DNA of 63,865 bases, counting the filler, from Candidatus Rokuibacteriota bacterium (GTDB lineage Bacteria > JAUVQV01 > DATDCY01): NCBI GenBank assembly GCA_031406795.1. It is 6 parts of 6 records of this genome, joined end to end, with 100 filler letters (N's around TTAATTAATTAA, not from the genome) between each part and the next. Parts side by side here need not be neighbours in the genome. Positions count along the whole stretch, not along the records: positions 50,271 to 60,328 come from JANOHV010000085.1; positions 60,429 to 62,159 come from JANOHV010000112.1; positions 62,260 to 63,865 come from JANOHV010000186.1; 3 more parts are not named here. The stretch is one strand, 5' to 3'. This document shows, piece after piece, positions 54,040-63,305 of the stretch (its first letter is position 1; each line of letters starts with the position of its first letter). The notes beneath the pieces were generated by a model, which was not told where the DNA came from, did not search any database, and saw only the letters and a program-made list of their open reading frames with translations. Made by a program: the position numbers and the translations under genes.

Positions 54040-55209
54040 ATGAGCATCGCCGTCGACGCGATGGGGGGCGACCGCGCGCCCTTCGTAGTGGTTCAGGGTG
54101 CCGTCGAGGCTGCCCGTGACTACGGCGTCCCCGTGATCCTCGTCGGCAACGCCGAGATCGTGCGCGCCGAACTGGCCAAGTACGACACGGCCGGGCTGCC
54201 GATCACGGTCAAGCACGCCGACGAGGTCATCGGCATGGGCGAGCCGCCCTCGCAGGCCGTGCGGCGCAAGAAGAAGTCCTCGATCTGGATCGGCGTGCAG
54301 ATGGTCGAGTGCGGCGAGGCCGAGGCGTTCGTCTCCGCGGGCAACACGGGCGCCGCGATGGCGGCCTCCGTCCTCTGCTGGGGGACGCTGCCGGGAGTCG
54401 AACGGCCGGCGATCGCGGTGCTGTTGCCGACGCTCAACGGCGTGACCTCGATGCTCGACGTCGGCGCCACCGTGGACTGCAAGCCCAAGCACCTGGTGCA
54501 GTTCGCGATCATGGGCGAGATCTACGCGCGCTGTATCCTCAAGCGCGAGAACCCCAAGGTCGCCCTGCTCTCGATCGGCGAGGAGGCCGGCAAGGGCAAC
54601 GACGTGATCCGCGAGACCTTCTCCATCCTCAAACGCATGCCGATCAATTTCATCGGCAACGTCGACGGCAAGGAGGTCTACAAGGCCAAGGCCGACGTCG
54701 TGGTCTGCGACGGCCTGATCGGCAACGTCGCGCTCAAGATCAGCGAGAGTCTCGCCGAGATGATCGGGGAGCTGCTGCGGGTCGAGCTGACCCGCACCTG
54801 GCGCTTTCGCCTCGGCGCCCTGCTGCTCAAGCCGGCGTTCGCGAATTTCAGGAAGTCCGTCGACTACAGCGAGTACGGTGGCGCCCCCCTGCTCGGCGTC
54901 AACGGCATCTGTATCATCGGCCACGGGAGTTCCACGGCCAAGGCGATCAAGAACGCCATCCGCATCGCCGCGGAATTTTCGGCGCAGAAGGTCAACGAGC
55001 GCATCGTCGCCGACCTCGCGGCCCGCACCAATCTTCGCGATTTCGAAGAGAAGACGATTCCGTTCTGGAGCCAGGTCAAGGAGAAGACGCGCGCGGTCCT
55101 CGAGGAGCGCGTCCGCCGGCGGGTCGCCGCGGCGACCGCGCCCGTTCCGGCCGCCGTGGGCGGCGCGGCGCCGGCCGCCGCGGACGGCGACCCCGGGGCG
55201 GCGATATGA
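54040..55209 (+). CDS. plsX: Phosphate acyltransferase
   Basis: IAVDAMGGD, SAGNTGA, GGAPLLG, HGSS. Confidence 0.96.
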   Translation: MSIAVDAMGGDRAPFVVVQGAVEAARDYGVPVILVGNAEIVRAELAKYDTAGLPITVKHADEVIGMGEPPSQAVRRKKKSSIWIGVQMVECGEAEAFVSAGNTGAAMAASVLCWGTLPGVERPAIAVLLPTLNGVTSMLDVGATVDCKPKHLVQFAIMGEIYARCILKRENPKVALLSIGEEAGKGNDVIRETFSILKRMPINFIGNVDGKEVYKAKADVVVCDGLIGNVALKISESLAEMIGELLRVELTRTWRFRLGALLLKPAFANFRKSVDYSEYGGAPLLGVNGICIIGHGSSTAKAIKNAIRIAAEFSAQKVNERIVADLAARTNLRDFEEKTIPFWSQVKEKTRAVLEERVRRRVAAATAPVPAAVGGAAPAAADGDPGAAI

Positions 55210-55348
55210 AACTTCTTCGAAACCATGGCTTGGGCCGCGAGAATGCTTGTCCTGTTCGACGGGAAGGATCCCGTTGTCGTATGCAGGAATCAGCTCCGGC
55301 GTTCTTGGGCAAAAGCCTCTGTAGTCTGGCGGGCGAGGCGCCCGCGAT

Positions 55349-56335
55349 ATGAACCGTTTGCGCAGCCGGATTGTCGGCACGGGGTCCTACCTGCCGGAGA
55401 AGGTGATGACCAACCGCGACCTGGAACTGCTGGTCGACACCAACGACGAGTGGATCGTCACGCGCACCGGCATCCGCGAACGCCGCATCGCCGCGGACCA
55501 CGAGGCCACCTCGGATCTGGCCTACGAGGCTTCCCGCCGGGCGCTGGACGCCGCGGGCCTGCGCGCGCAGGACATCGACATGATCGTCGTCGCGACGCTG
55601 ACCCCGGACGCGCCGCTGCCGGCCACGGCCGTCTATCTGCAGCGCCGGCTCGGCGCGAAGAGGGCCGCGGCCTTCGACATCCTGGCGGCCTGCACCGGCT
55701 TTATCTACGGGCTCTCCGTCGTCGACGGGCTGATCCGCACCGGGGTCGCGAAGAACGTCCTGCTCATCGGGGCCGAGGTGCTCTCCCGCGTGCTGAACTG
55801 GAAGGACCGGGGCACCTGCATCATCTTCGGCGACGGCGCCGGCGCGGCCGTCCTCGTCCCCACGCACGGGCGCAGCGGCGTGCTCTCGACGCACCTCTAC
55901 GCCGACGGAGCCCATGCCGAGCTGCTGTGCATCCCGGGGGGCGGCTCGCGCATCGCCGCCTCGCACGAGGCCGTCGATCAGGGGCTGCAGTACGTGCACA
56001 TGAAGGGCAACGAGACCTTCAAGCTCGCCGTCAAGGGGATGACCGAGGCGGCCGTCGCGGCGCTCGAGGCCAACGACGTGACCGCGGCCGACATCGCGCT
56101 GCTGGTGCCGCACCAGGCGAATATCAGGATCATCGAGGCGACTGCGCAGCGGCTGCGCGTGCCGATGTCGAAGGTTTTCGTGAACATCCAGCGCTACGGA
56201 AACACTTCGGGGGCGACCGTCCCCATCGCTTTGGACGAGGCCGTGCGGGAGGGGCGCGCCGCTCCCGGGGACCTGGTTCTGCTCGACGCATTCGGGGCTG
56301 GCTTCACCTGGGGGTCCGCGCTGATCCGCTGGTAG
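55349..56335 (+). CDS. fabH: 3-oxoacyl-ACP synthase III
   Basis: AACTGF, PHQAN, GNTS, FGAGFTWG. Confidence 0.96.
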   Translation: MNRLRSRIVGTGSYLPEKVMTNRDLELLVDTNDEWIVTRTGIRERRIAADHEATSDLAYEASRRALDAAGLRAQDIDMIVVATLTPDAPLPATAVYLQRRLGAKRAAAFDILAACTGFIYGLSVVDGLIRTGVAKNVLLIGAEVLSRVLNWKDRGTCIIFGDGAGAAVLVPTHGRSGVLSTHLYADGAHAELLCIPGGGSRIAASHEAVDQGLQYVHMKGNETFKLAVKGMTEAAVAALEANDVTAADIALLVPHQANIRIIEATAQRLRVPMSKVFVNIQRYGNTSGATVPIALDEAVREGRAAPGDLVLLDAFGAGFTWGSALIRW

Positions 56336-56383
56336 GCGCCCTGCGCACGCAAACACACACGAGTCAAAGGAGTCGACGACGAC

Positions 56384-57547
56384 ATGGACTACTTCCTGAC
56401 CGAGCAGCAGATGATGATTCGCGAGACCGCCCGGCAGGTCGCGCGCGAGAGGATTGTCCCCGTGCGGGCCGAACTCGACGAGCGGGAGGAGTTCCCGTGG
56501 GAGGTCATCAAGGCCTGCGCCGCGGCCGATCTCTTCGCCATCTGGGTCCCCGAAGCCTACGGCGGGCTCGGCGGCGGCATCCTCGACCTGTGCCTGTGCG
56601 TGGAGGAACTCTCGCGCGCCTGCGCCGGCGTCGCCGTCTCCTATGCGGCCTCCGCCCTCGGCACGATCCCGATCGTCCTCTTCGGCACCGAGGCGCAGAA
56701 GGCGAAGTACCTCCCCGACGTGGCCTCCGGCCGGCGGCTCGGGGCCTTCGCCCTCACCGAGGCCGGGGCCGGCAGTGACGCCGGCGGCGTGCAGACCACG
56801 GCGCGGCTCGACGGCGACCACTACGTGCTCAACGGCACGAAGCAGTGGATCACCAACGGCGGGGACGCCGAGATCTACACGGTGGTCGCGATCACGGACC
56901 GCAACCGCGGGGCGCGGGGCGCGAGCACGTTCATCGTCGAGAAGGGCACGCCCGGCTTCACCTTCGGCAAGAAGGAGATCAAGATGGGGATCCGCTCCTC
57001 CTCGACGCGCGAGCTGGTCTTCACGGACTGCCGGGTCCCGAAGGAGAACCTGCTCGGCAAGGAAGGGCAGGGGTTCATCGTCGCGATGAAGACGCTCGAC
57101 AAGAGCCGCCCCGGCATCGGCGCCCAGGCGCTCGGCATCGCCCAGGGGGCCTTCGACGAGGCCGCGATCTACTCGCGCCAGCGGGTGCAGTTCGGCCACC
57201 CGATCTCCTCGTTCCAGGCCGTGCAGCACATGCTCGCGAACATGGCGATCAAGATCGAGGCCTCGCGCTCGCTGATCTACTCGGTGGCGCGCTACATCGA
57301 CTCCGGCGCCAAGGACTACTCCAAGGAATCGGCGATGGCCAAGGTCTTCCCCTCCGACATGGCGATGGAGGTCACGACCGACGCCGTCCAGATCCTCGGC
57401 GGCTACGGCTACATGCGCGACTACCCCGTCGAGAAGATGATGCGCGACGCGAAGATCACGCAGATCTACGAGGGGACGAACCAGGTCATCCGCAACGTGA
57501 TCGGACTCGCGATCATCAAGGATTTCGCCAAGCGCGCGCAAGTATGA
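56384..57547 (+). CDS. Short-chain (butyryl-CoA-like) acyl-CoA dehydrogenase
   Basis: FALTEAGAGSD, NGTKQWITN, RDAKITQIYEGT. Confidence 0.93.
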   Translation: MDYFLTEQQMMIRETARQVARERIVPVRAELDEREEFPWEVIKACAAADLFAIWVPEAYGGLGGGILDLCLCVEELSRACAGVAVSYAASALGTIPIVLFGTEAQKAKYLPDVASGRRLGAFALTEAGAGSDAGGVQTTARLDGDHYVLNGTKQWITNGGDAEIYTVVAITDRNRGARGASTFIVEKGTPGFTFGKKEIKMGIRSSSTRELVFTDCRVPKENLLGKEGQGFIVAMKTLDKSRPGIGAQALGIAQGAFDEAAIYSRQRVQFGHPISSFQAVQHMLANMAIKIEASRSLIYSVARYIDSGAKDYSKESAMAKVFPSDMAMEVTTDAVQILGGYGYMRDYPVEKMMRDAKITQIYEGTNQVIRNVIGLAIIKDFAKRAQV

Positions 57548-58332
57548 AGATAATAGTCTGCATCAAGCAGGTCCCGGACACGGTCCACGTCCGGATCAAC
57601 GAGAAGACGGGGGCCATGGAGCGCGAAGGCGTGCCGGCCGTCGTCAACCCGTACGATCTCTACGCGCTCGAGGAGGCCCTGCGCCTGCGCGAAGCGCACG
57701 GCGGCACGGTCGCGGCGCTGACGATGGGGCCGCCGCAGGCCGAGGCGGTGCTGCGCGACGCGATCGCGCTGGGGGTCGACGAGGGGTATCACCTGAGCGG
57801 CCGCGAGTTCGCCGGCGGCGACACGCTGGCCACCTCGTACGCGCTGGCCAAAGGCGTGGAGAAGATCGGCGAGTACCACCTCGTGCTCTGCGGCAAGCAG
57901 GCGATCGACGGCGACACCGCCCAGGTCGGCCCCGAGCTGGCGGAGCACCTCGGCCTGCCGTTCCTCGGGTTCGTGCGCCGCGTGCGCGAGTCGGGCGCGG
58001 GGCGCATCGTCGTCGAGCGGATGACCGAGGACGGGGCGGATGTCGTCGAGTCGACCCTGCCGGCGGTCATCTCCGTCGTCAAGGAGATCAACACGCCGCG
58101 GCTGCCCTCGCTCAAGGGCAAGATGCGCGCCCGGTCCTTCAAGGCCACGACCTGGAATGCCGAAGCGCTGGGCGCCGACGAGGCGCGGCTGGGTTTTGCC
58201 GGGTCGCCGACCAAGGTCGTGAAGATCTTCCACCCCGAGGCCCGGCGCGGCGGCGAGATGCTGACGGGCGAGCCCGCCGAGGTGGCCGCGCGTCTGGCCG
58301 AGAAGCTGCGCTCCCTGGGAGTCTGCCGATGA
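57544..58332 (+). CDS. etfB: Electron transfer flavoprotein beta
   Basis: CIKQVPDT, DTLATS, GKQAIDGDTAQVGP. Confidence 0.95.
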   Translation: MKIIVCIKQVPDTVHVRINEKTGAMEREGVPAVVNPYDLYALEEALRLREAHGGTVAALTMGPPQAEAVLRDAIALGVDEGYHLSGREFAGGDTLATSYALAKGVEKIGEYHLVLCGKQAIDGDTAQVGPELAEHLGLPFLGFVRRVRESGAGRIVVERMTEDGADVVESTLPAVISVVKEINTPRLPSLKGKMRARSFKATTWNAEALGADEARLGFAGSPTKVVKIFHPEARRGGEMLTGEPAEVAARLAEKLRSLGVCR

Positions 58333-59516
58333 CCACGGTCAGGGTGCTTCCCGAACAGTGCACCGGCTGCGGCGAGTGCGTCCCTTCCTGTCCGGTTGCC
58401 GCGATCGAGATGCGCGGCCCCGCGGCCTTCATCACCGACGCCTGCACCGTCTGCGGCATCTGCGTCACCGTCTGCCCCGTCGAGGCCATCGAGATGCAGC
58501 ACGTGGCTCCGGCCGCCCGGCCCTGCGAGCCCTGCCGCGGCGTCTGGGTCTTCGCCGAGCTGCACCGCGGCCGGCTCGTCGGCGTCGCGCGCGAGCTGAT
58601 GGCCAAGGGACGCCAGCTCGCCGACCGCAAGGGCACCGAGCTGACGGCGCTGGTCTTCGGCGCCGCCGTCGAGGCTCCCGCCCGCGAACTGGTCGCGCTC
58701 GGCGCCGACCGCGTCCTCGGCGCCGAGCACCCCGTCCTGGAGCTGTTCCACGACGACGCGTACGTCGCCGCCTGCCTGGCGCTGGCCGACGGGCAGCGCC
58801 CCGAGATCATGCTCTGCGGCGGCACCGTGCTCGGCCGCGCCTTCTTCCCGCGGCTCGCCGCGCGCCTCGACACGGGCCTCACCGCCGATTGCACCTCCCT
58901 CGAGATCGACGAGGAGAGCGGCATCCTGCTGCAGACCCGCCCGGCCTACGGCGGCAACCTGCTCGCGACCATCGCCTGCCCCGACCGGCGGCCGCAGATG
59001 GCCACGGTGCGCCCGAAGGTGTTCCCCGCCGGCGCGAGCGACCCGGCCCGCATCGGGGAGATCGTCATCCGCCGCGACTGGGACGGGCGGCTGCACTCGC
59101 GCACGAAGGTGCTCGAGGTTCTCGAGGAGGTCGTGCAGACCGTGAACATCGCTGAGGCCGACGTCATCGTCGCGGGCGGCCGCGGCATGGGAGCGGCGGA
59201 GAACTTCGCGCTGCTCGAGCAGCTGGCCCGGGTGCTCGGCGGCGCCGTCGCCGCCAGCCGCGCCCCGGTCGACGCCGGCTGGGTGCCCTACGCGCGCCAG
59301 GTCGGGCAGACCGGCAAGACGGTGTGCCCCAAGCTCTACATCGCCTGCGGGATCTCCGGCCAGGTGCAGCATCTGGTGGGGATGCAGTCTGCCGACGTCA
59401 TCGTGGCGATCAACAAGGACCCGCAGGCGCCGATCTTCTCGGTCGCGACGTACGGGATCGTCGGGGACGCGCTCGAGATCGTCCCCTTGCTGATCAAGGC
59501 GCTCGGTCGCCCCTAG
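58329..59516 (+). CDS. etfA: Electron transfer flavoprotein alpha with N-terminal 2[4Fe-4S] ferredoxin domain
   Basis: Two CxxCxxCxxxCP motifs; GLTADCT, QVGQTGK, GISGQVQH. Confidence 0.95.
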   Translation: MTTVRVLPEQCTGCGECVPSCPVAAIEMRGPAAFITDACTVCGICVTVCPVEAIEMQHVAPAARPCEPCRGVWVFAELHRGRLVGVARELMAKGRQLADRKGTELTALVFGAAVEAPARELVALGADRVLGAEHPVLELFHDDAYVAACLALADGQRPEIMLCGGTVLGRAFFPRLAARLDTGLTADCTSLEIDEESGILLQTRPAYGGNLLATIACPDRRPQMATVRPKVFPAGASDPARIGEIVIRRDWDGRLHSRTKVLEVLEEVVQTVNIAEADVIVAGGRGMGAAENFALLEQLARVLGGAVAASRAPVDAGWVPYARQVGQTGKTVCPKLYIACGISGQVQHLVGMQSADVIVAINKDPQAPIFSVATYGIVGDALEIVPLLIKALGRP

Positions 59517-59528
59517 CAGAGGAGGACG

Positions 59529-60328
59529 GTGTTGAAGACGGCATTTCTCTTCCCCGGACAGGGGTCGCAGTACGTCGGCATGGGCCGCGACCTCTATGCA
59601 GCCTACCCGAGCTGCCAGAGCCTCTTCCACGAGGCGGACCGCATCCTCGGCCTCGAGCTCTCGCACCTGGCCTTCCACGGTCCGGGGGAGAAGCTCATGC
59701 TCACCGAGTACGCCCAGCCGGCGATCCTCATGGTGAGTGCGGCCCTCGACTCGCTGCTGCGTTCGGGGGGGATCGCTCCGGACTACGTCGCCGGCCACAG
59801 CCTCGGGGAGTACTCGGCTCTCGTCTCCGCCGGGAGCTTGAGCTTCCCCGACGCGATCCGGCTGGTGCGTCGCCGCGGCGTCCTGATGGAGGAGGCGGTC
59901 CCCGCCGGCCAGGGCACGATGGCCGCGGTGCTCGGCATGGAACTGGTTGCGGTGGAGGAGGTCTGCCGCGCGGCGGCCGCGGCGACCCGCGCGGTCGTCG
60001 AAGTTGCGAACATCAACTGCCCTGGCCAGCTCGTGATCTCGGGGAGCAAGGACGCGGTCCTTGCGGCCATGGATCTGTTCAAGAAAGCCGGGGCGCGCCG
60101 GGTCATCCCGCTCGCGGTCAGCGGCCCGTTCCACTCTCAGCTGATGCTGCCGGTCGCCGAGGTCTTCGAGCGCCACCTGCGCCAGGCCGTTTTCCACGAC
60201 CCGAAGGTCCCGGTCGTGACCAACGTCGGGGCGAAACTCGTGCGCCGCAAGGAGGAGCTCGAGCAGCTGCTGAGACGCCAGATCTACTCCCGGGTGGAGT
60301 GGGAGGCCTCGATGCGCCGGCTTCTGGC
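59529..60328 (+). CDS. fabD: Malonyl-CoA:ACP transacylase (3' truncated)
   Basis: FPGQGSQ, GHSLGEY, VSGPFHS. Confidence 0.96.
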
Positions 60329-60428
60329 NNNNNNNNNNNNNNNNNNNNNNNNNNNNNNNNNNNNNNNNNNNNTTAATTAATTAANNNNNNNNNNNNNNNN
60401 NNNNNNNNNNNNNNNNNNNNNNNNNNNN
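60329..60428. other. Artificial contig linker
   Basis: N-run, TTAATTAATTAA, N-run. Confidence 0.99.
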
Positions 60429-60540
60429 CGTTGCCCATATCTGATCGCAATGCATGCTTCAAGCGAAACTTGACCTCTGCCACCCCATGCTTCCTGCAAG
60501 AAATCGTGCTTTTTCAGCGGTTGAAATGCCTTCTCTGCTG

Positions 60541-60654
60541 CTGGATCCGCGCGTACGCGCGGATCTGGGGACGAACAGCAGGCATCTCAACGCACCGGGA
60601 AAAGCTTGATTTCGCTCACGAAGAGCAGGGGGGGCAGCGGTACACGAGACGCTT
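60541..60654 (+). repeat. Structured dispersed repeat, family B copy 2
   Basis: Matches the reverse complement of 4385-4496. Confidence 0.8.
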
Positions 60655-60686
60655 CAGATCGATCTGCTCCGCTGGCGCTTTTAGCA

Positions 60687-60823
60687 GGTTGCTGAAAAAC
60701 GGCCAAGGAACGTCATTGCGAGCGTAGCGAAGCAATCTGACGACGCGAAAACACCGAGTATTCGTCAGATTGCCGCGTCGCTTCGCTCCTCGCAATAACA
60801 GGATTCAGCGTGTTTCAGCACCC
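60687..60823. repeat. RPE-like palindrome (60712-60799) inside GGTTGCTGAAA / TTTCAGCACC inverted ends
   Basis: GTCATTGCGAGCGTAGCGAAGCAATCT...AGATTGCCGCGTCGCTTCGCTCCTCGCAATAAC. Confidence 0.8.
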
Positions 60824-61614
60824 GGCTGGCAGGCTGCCAGGGCGCGAATTGCGGGCAGGGCGGCGCGGGCCGCATCGCGCCCGCGCCGGAGCAAGTCCGC
60901 GCCCCGGGCGAGATCCTGCAGCGCGATACCGCGCGCATCCACGCCAATCACCAGGTCGGCTTGCGCCTCCTCGTCGCTGGCGGTGCGGGCGGCCCAGAGC
61001 ATCGCAAGATGCATCGCCACCTCGAGGACCGAATCCAGCCGCGGCTGCTCGAGCCCGCCGACATTGACATCCACGGCTATCACCGGGGTCACGCCCAGCG
61101 TTTCCCGCACGGCCCGCACCGGGAGCTGGCTGGACACCCCGCCGTCCACGAGCAGGCGACCGCCCTTCCGCACCGGCTCGAGCAGCACGGGGAAGCTGCA
61201 GCTGGCCAGGACCGCGCGCGCCAGCACTCCGGAGGTGCAGTCGACCCGCTTCCCCGTCGCCAGATCCGTCGCCACCGCCGCGAAAGGCAGCCGCAACTCG
61301 GCGAACGTCCGCGCGGGCAGCAGACGCCCGAAGAACTTCTCGAGCCCCTCGCCCGAAACCATGCCCGCACGGGGCAGCCGCAGGCAGAGCAAGTCGTTCC
61401 AGCGTGTCCGGAGCGCGAGAGTCCCGATCGCACGCGGGGACACCCCGGCAGCGAAGAGCGCCCCCACGATCGCGCCGGCACTGGTGCCGGCCAGCGCACG
61501 GATGGGGATGCCGGCGTCGACGAGCACCTCCAGTACCCCGGCGTGGGCGATCCCGCGCGCCGCACCCCCGGAGAGAGCCAGCCCGATGCCCTCTCTGCGC
61601 TCATTCTTCATCAT
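60805..61614 (-). CDS. Patatin-like phospholipase
   Basis: LSGGAARG, GTSAG, DGG. Confidence 0.93.
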   Translation of the reverse strand: MMKNERREGIGLALSGGAARGIAHAGVLEVLVDAGIPIRALAGTSAGAIVGALFAAGVSPRAIGTLALRTRWNDLLCLRLPRAGMVSGEGLEKFFGRLLPARTFAELRLPFAAVATDLATGKRVDCTSGVLARAVLASCSFPVLLEPVRKGGRLLVDGGVSSQLPVRAVRETLGVTPVIAVDVNVGGLEQPRLDSVLEVAMHLAMLWAARTASDEEAQADLVIGVDARGIALQDLARGADLLRRGRDAARAALPAIRALAACQPGAETR

Positions 61615-61710
61615 CGACCACCTCCTCGCCGATCAGCAGGAACCGGCTCCCCGCGAGATCGGACGCCTGCCGCAGTTGCCTATCGTCGATAATGGCGGTA
61701 TATTATCCTT

Positions 61711-62061
61711 ATGAAGAAGCGGTTGCTGGTTGCCGAGGACGAACATGACCTGCTGGTCATCTATCGGATGATGCTCGGCGATGCCTACGAGGTCATGGAG
61801 GCCCAGAACGGCCGTGAAGCAGTGCAGATGTGGAAGGAGTTCCGCCCCGACCTGGTGCTGATGGACATTCAGATGCCCGTCATGAGCGGCGATGCCGCCA
61901 TTCGCGAGATACTCGGGGTGGACCCGCTTGCCAAGATTCTTGCCGTGACGGCCTATCGCTACACGCCCGAGCAACTCGGCGTACCCGTGCTGAGCAAGGG
62001 GTTCGGTCCTTCCGAATTCATCACAGCCGTGGAGACGATGCTCCACGGTCAAGCCGCCTGA
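61711..62061 (+). CDS. Single-domain response regulator
   Basis: LVAED, LMDIQMP, VTAY. Confidence 0.9.
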   Translation: MKKRLLVAEDEHDLLVIYRMMLGDAYEVMEAQNGREAVQMWKEFRPDLVLMDIQMPVMSGDAAIREILGVDPLAKILAVTAYRYTPEQLGVPVLSKGFGPSEFITAVETMLHGQAA

Positions 62062-62159
62062 AGCGAGTCTCCCGCGTTGGTCGGCTGCCGCCTCGGCCGC
62101 TCGAGCACCCGCTACCTCACTTTCAAGAGTACTTCGAGCGCACTTCGGTAATCCTTTGT

Positions 62160-62259
62160 NNNNNNNNNNNNNNNNNNNNNNNNNNNNNNNNNNNNNNNNN
62201 NNNTTAATTAATTAANNNNNNNNNNNNNNNNNNNNNNNNNNNNNNNNNNNNNNNNNNNN
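62160..62259. other. Artificial contig linker
   Basis: N-run, TTAATTAATTAA, N-run. Confidence 0.99.
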
Positions 62260-63099
62260 TTTGAAGATCCGAAAAAATACCGCGCCGCCGTCGCCCGCTT
62301 CCGCGAACTCCAAGCGGCCGAACCCCAGAACCCAGACCAGAAATCCCAGACCCAAAACCCTGGACCCCAGACCCCACCTTCCATCTGGGTCGCCGCTCCC
62401 CGCATTTTCAAACCCGGCGAAGACTGGATTCTCCAACAAGTACTCTCCTGCGAAGCCGATGGTTATCTCGTCCGCAATTACGACCACTTGAAATTCTTCG
62501 CCGGCAAACGCCGTCGCGGAGATTTTTCCCTCAACGTCGCCAATCCGGTCACCGCCGCCTATTTCCTCGAACGCTACGGCCTCGAACGCGTCACCGCGTC
62601 CTACGATCTCAACGTCGCCCAACTCGAAGCCCTCCTCCAATCCGCGCCGCCCGCGTGGTTCGACATCACCCTGCACCAGCACATGCCGATGTTTCATATG
62701 GAGCACTGCGTGTTCTGCGCGTTCCTCTCCACCGGCACCGACTACAGGAACTGCGGCCGCCCCTGCGACACGCACGACGTCCGCCTGCGCGACCGCGTCG
62801 GCGCCGAGCATCCGCTCAAGGCCGACGCCGGCTGCCGCAATACGGTTTACAACTCCCGCGCGCAGACCGGCGCCGAGTTCGCCGACCGCCTGCTCGCGCT
62901 CGGTGCCCGCTCCTTCCGCATCGAGTTCCTCAACGAGGATGGCGACGAACTCTCGCGCACGGTCGGCCGTTACCGGCAGCTCCTGCGCGGCGAGATTTCC
63001 GGCGCGGAACTGTGGCGCGAGTTCAAGCTCATCAACCAGCTCGGCGTCACCCGCGGCCAGATGGAGACCGCCCCGCAGGTGATCAAAAGAAAATTGTAG
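62260..63099 (+). CDS. U32 peptidase family (RlhA-like) C-terminal part
   Basis: GDFSLNVAN, HMPMFHMEHCVFC, CGRPC, GCRN; frame open from the contig start. Confidence 0.85.
   Translation, partial: FEDPKKYRAAVARFRELQAAEPQNPDQKSQTQNPGPQTPPSIWVAAPRIFKPGEDWILQQVLSCEADGYLVRNYDHLKFFAGKRRRGDFSLNVANPVTAAYFLERYGLERVTASYDLNVAQLEALLQSAPPAWFDITLHQHMPMFHMEHCVFCAFLSTGTDYRNCGRPCDTHDVRLRDRVGAEHPLKADAGCRNTVYNSRAQTGAEFADRLLALGARSFRIEFLNEDGDELSRTVGRYRQLLRGEISGAELWREFKLINQLGVTRGQMETAPQVIKRKL
62323..62378 (+). repeat. Degenerate heptamer tandem repeat inside the CDS
   Basis: CCCCAGA ACCCAGA CCAGAAA TCCCAGA CCCAAAA CCCTGGA CCCCAGA. Confidence 0.7.
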
Positions 63100-63209
63100 G
63101 GCGGGATCGCCGATCCCGCCGGCTTGCCGCTGGAGGGTCGGGCTCCTGCCCGACCTAGGCCGGTCGGCCCTCCATTTCCAATCATGCTGGATCAGCGATC
63201 CAGCCCTAC
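63096..63209. repeat. Inverted GTAG REP doublet (REPIN-like)
   Basis: GTAGGGCGGGATCGCCGATCCCGCC and, on the minus strand, GTAGGGCTGGATCGCTGATCCAGC. Confidence 0.8.
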
Positions 63210-63305
63210 AGCCGGGCGCCCTACCCCACCCCTTCCGGACCGTCCGACCCCCGGCAATTTATGTCGCCTCGGGCGGGCGGCGCCCTTTATTTGCAGCCCT
63301 CCCGC

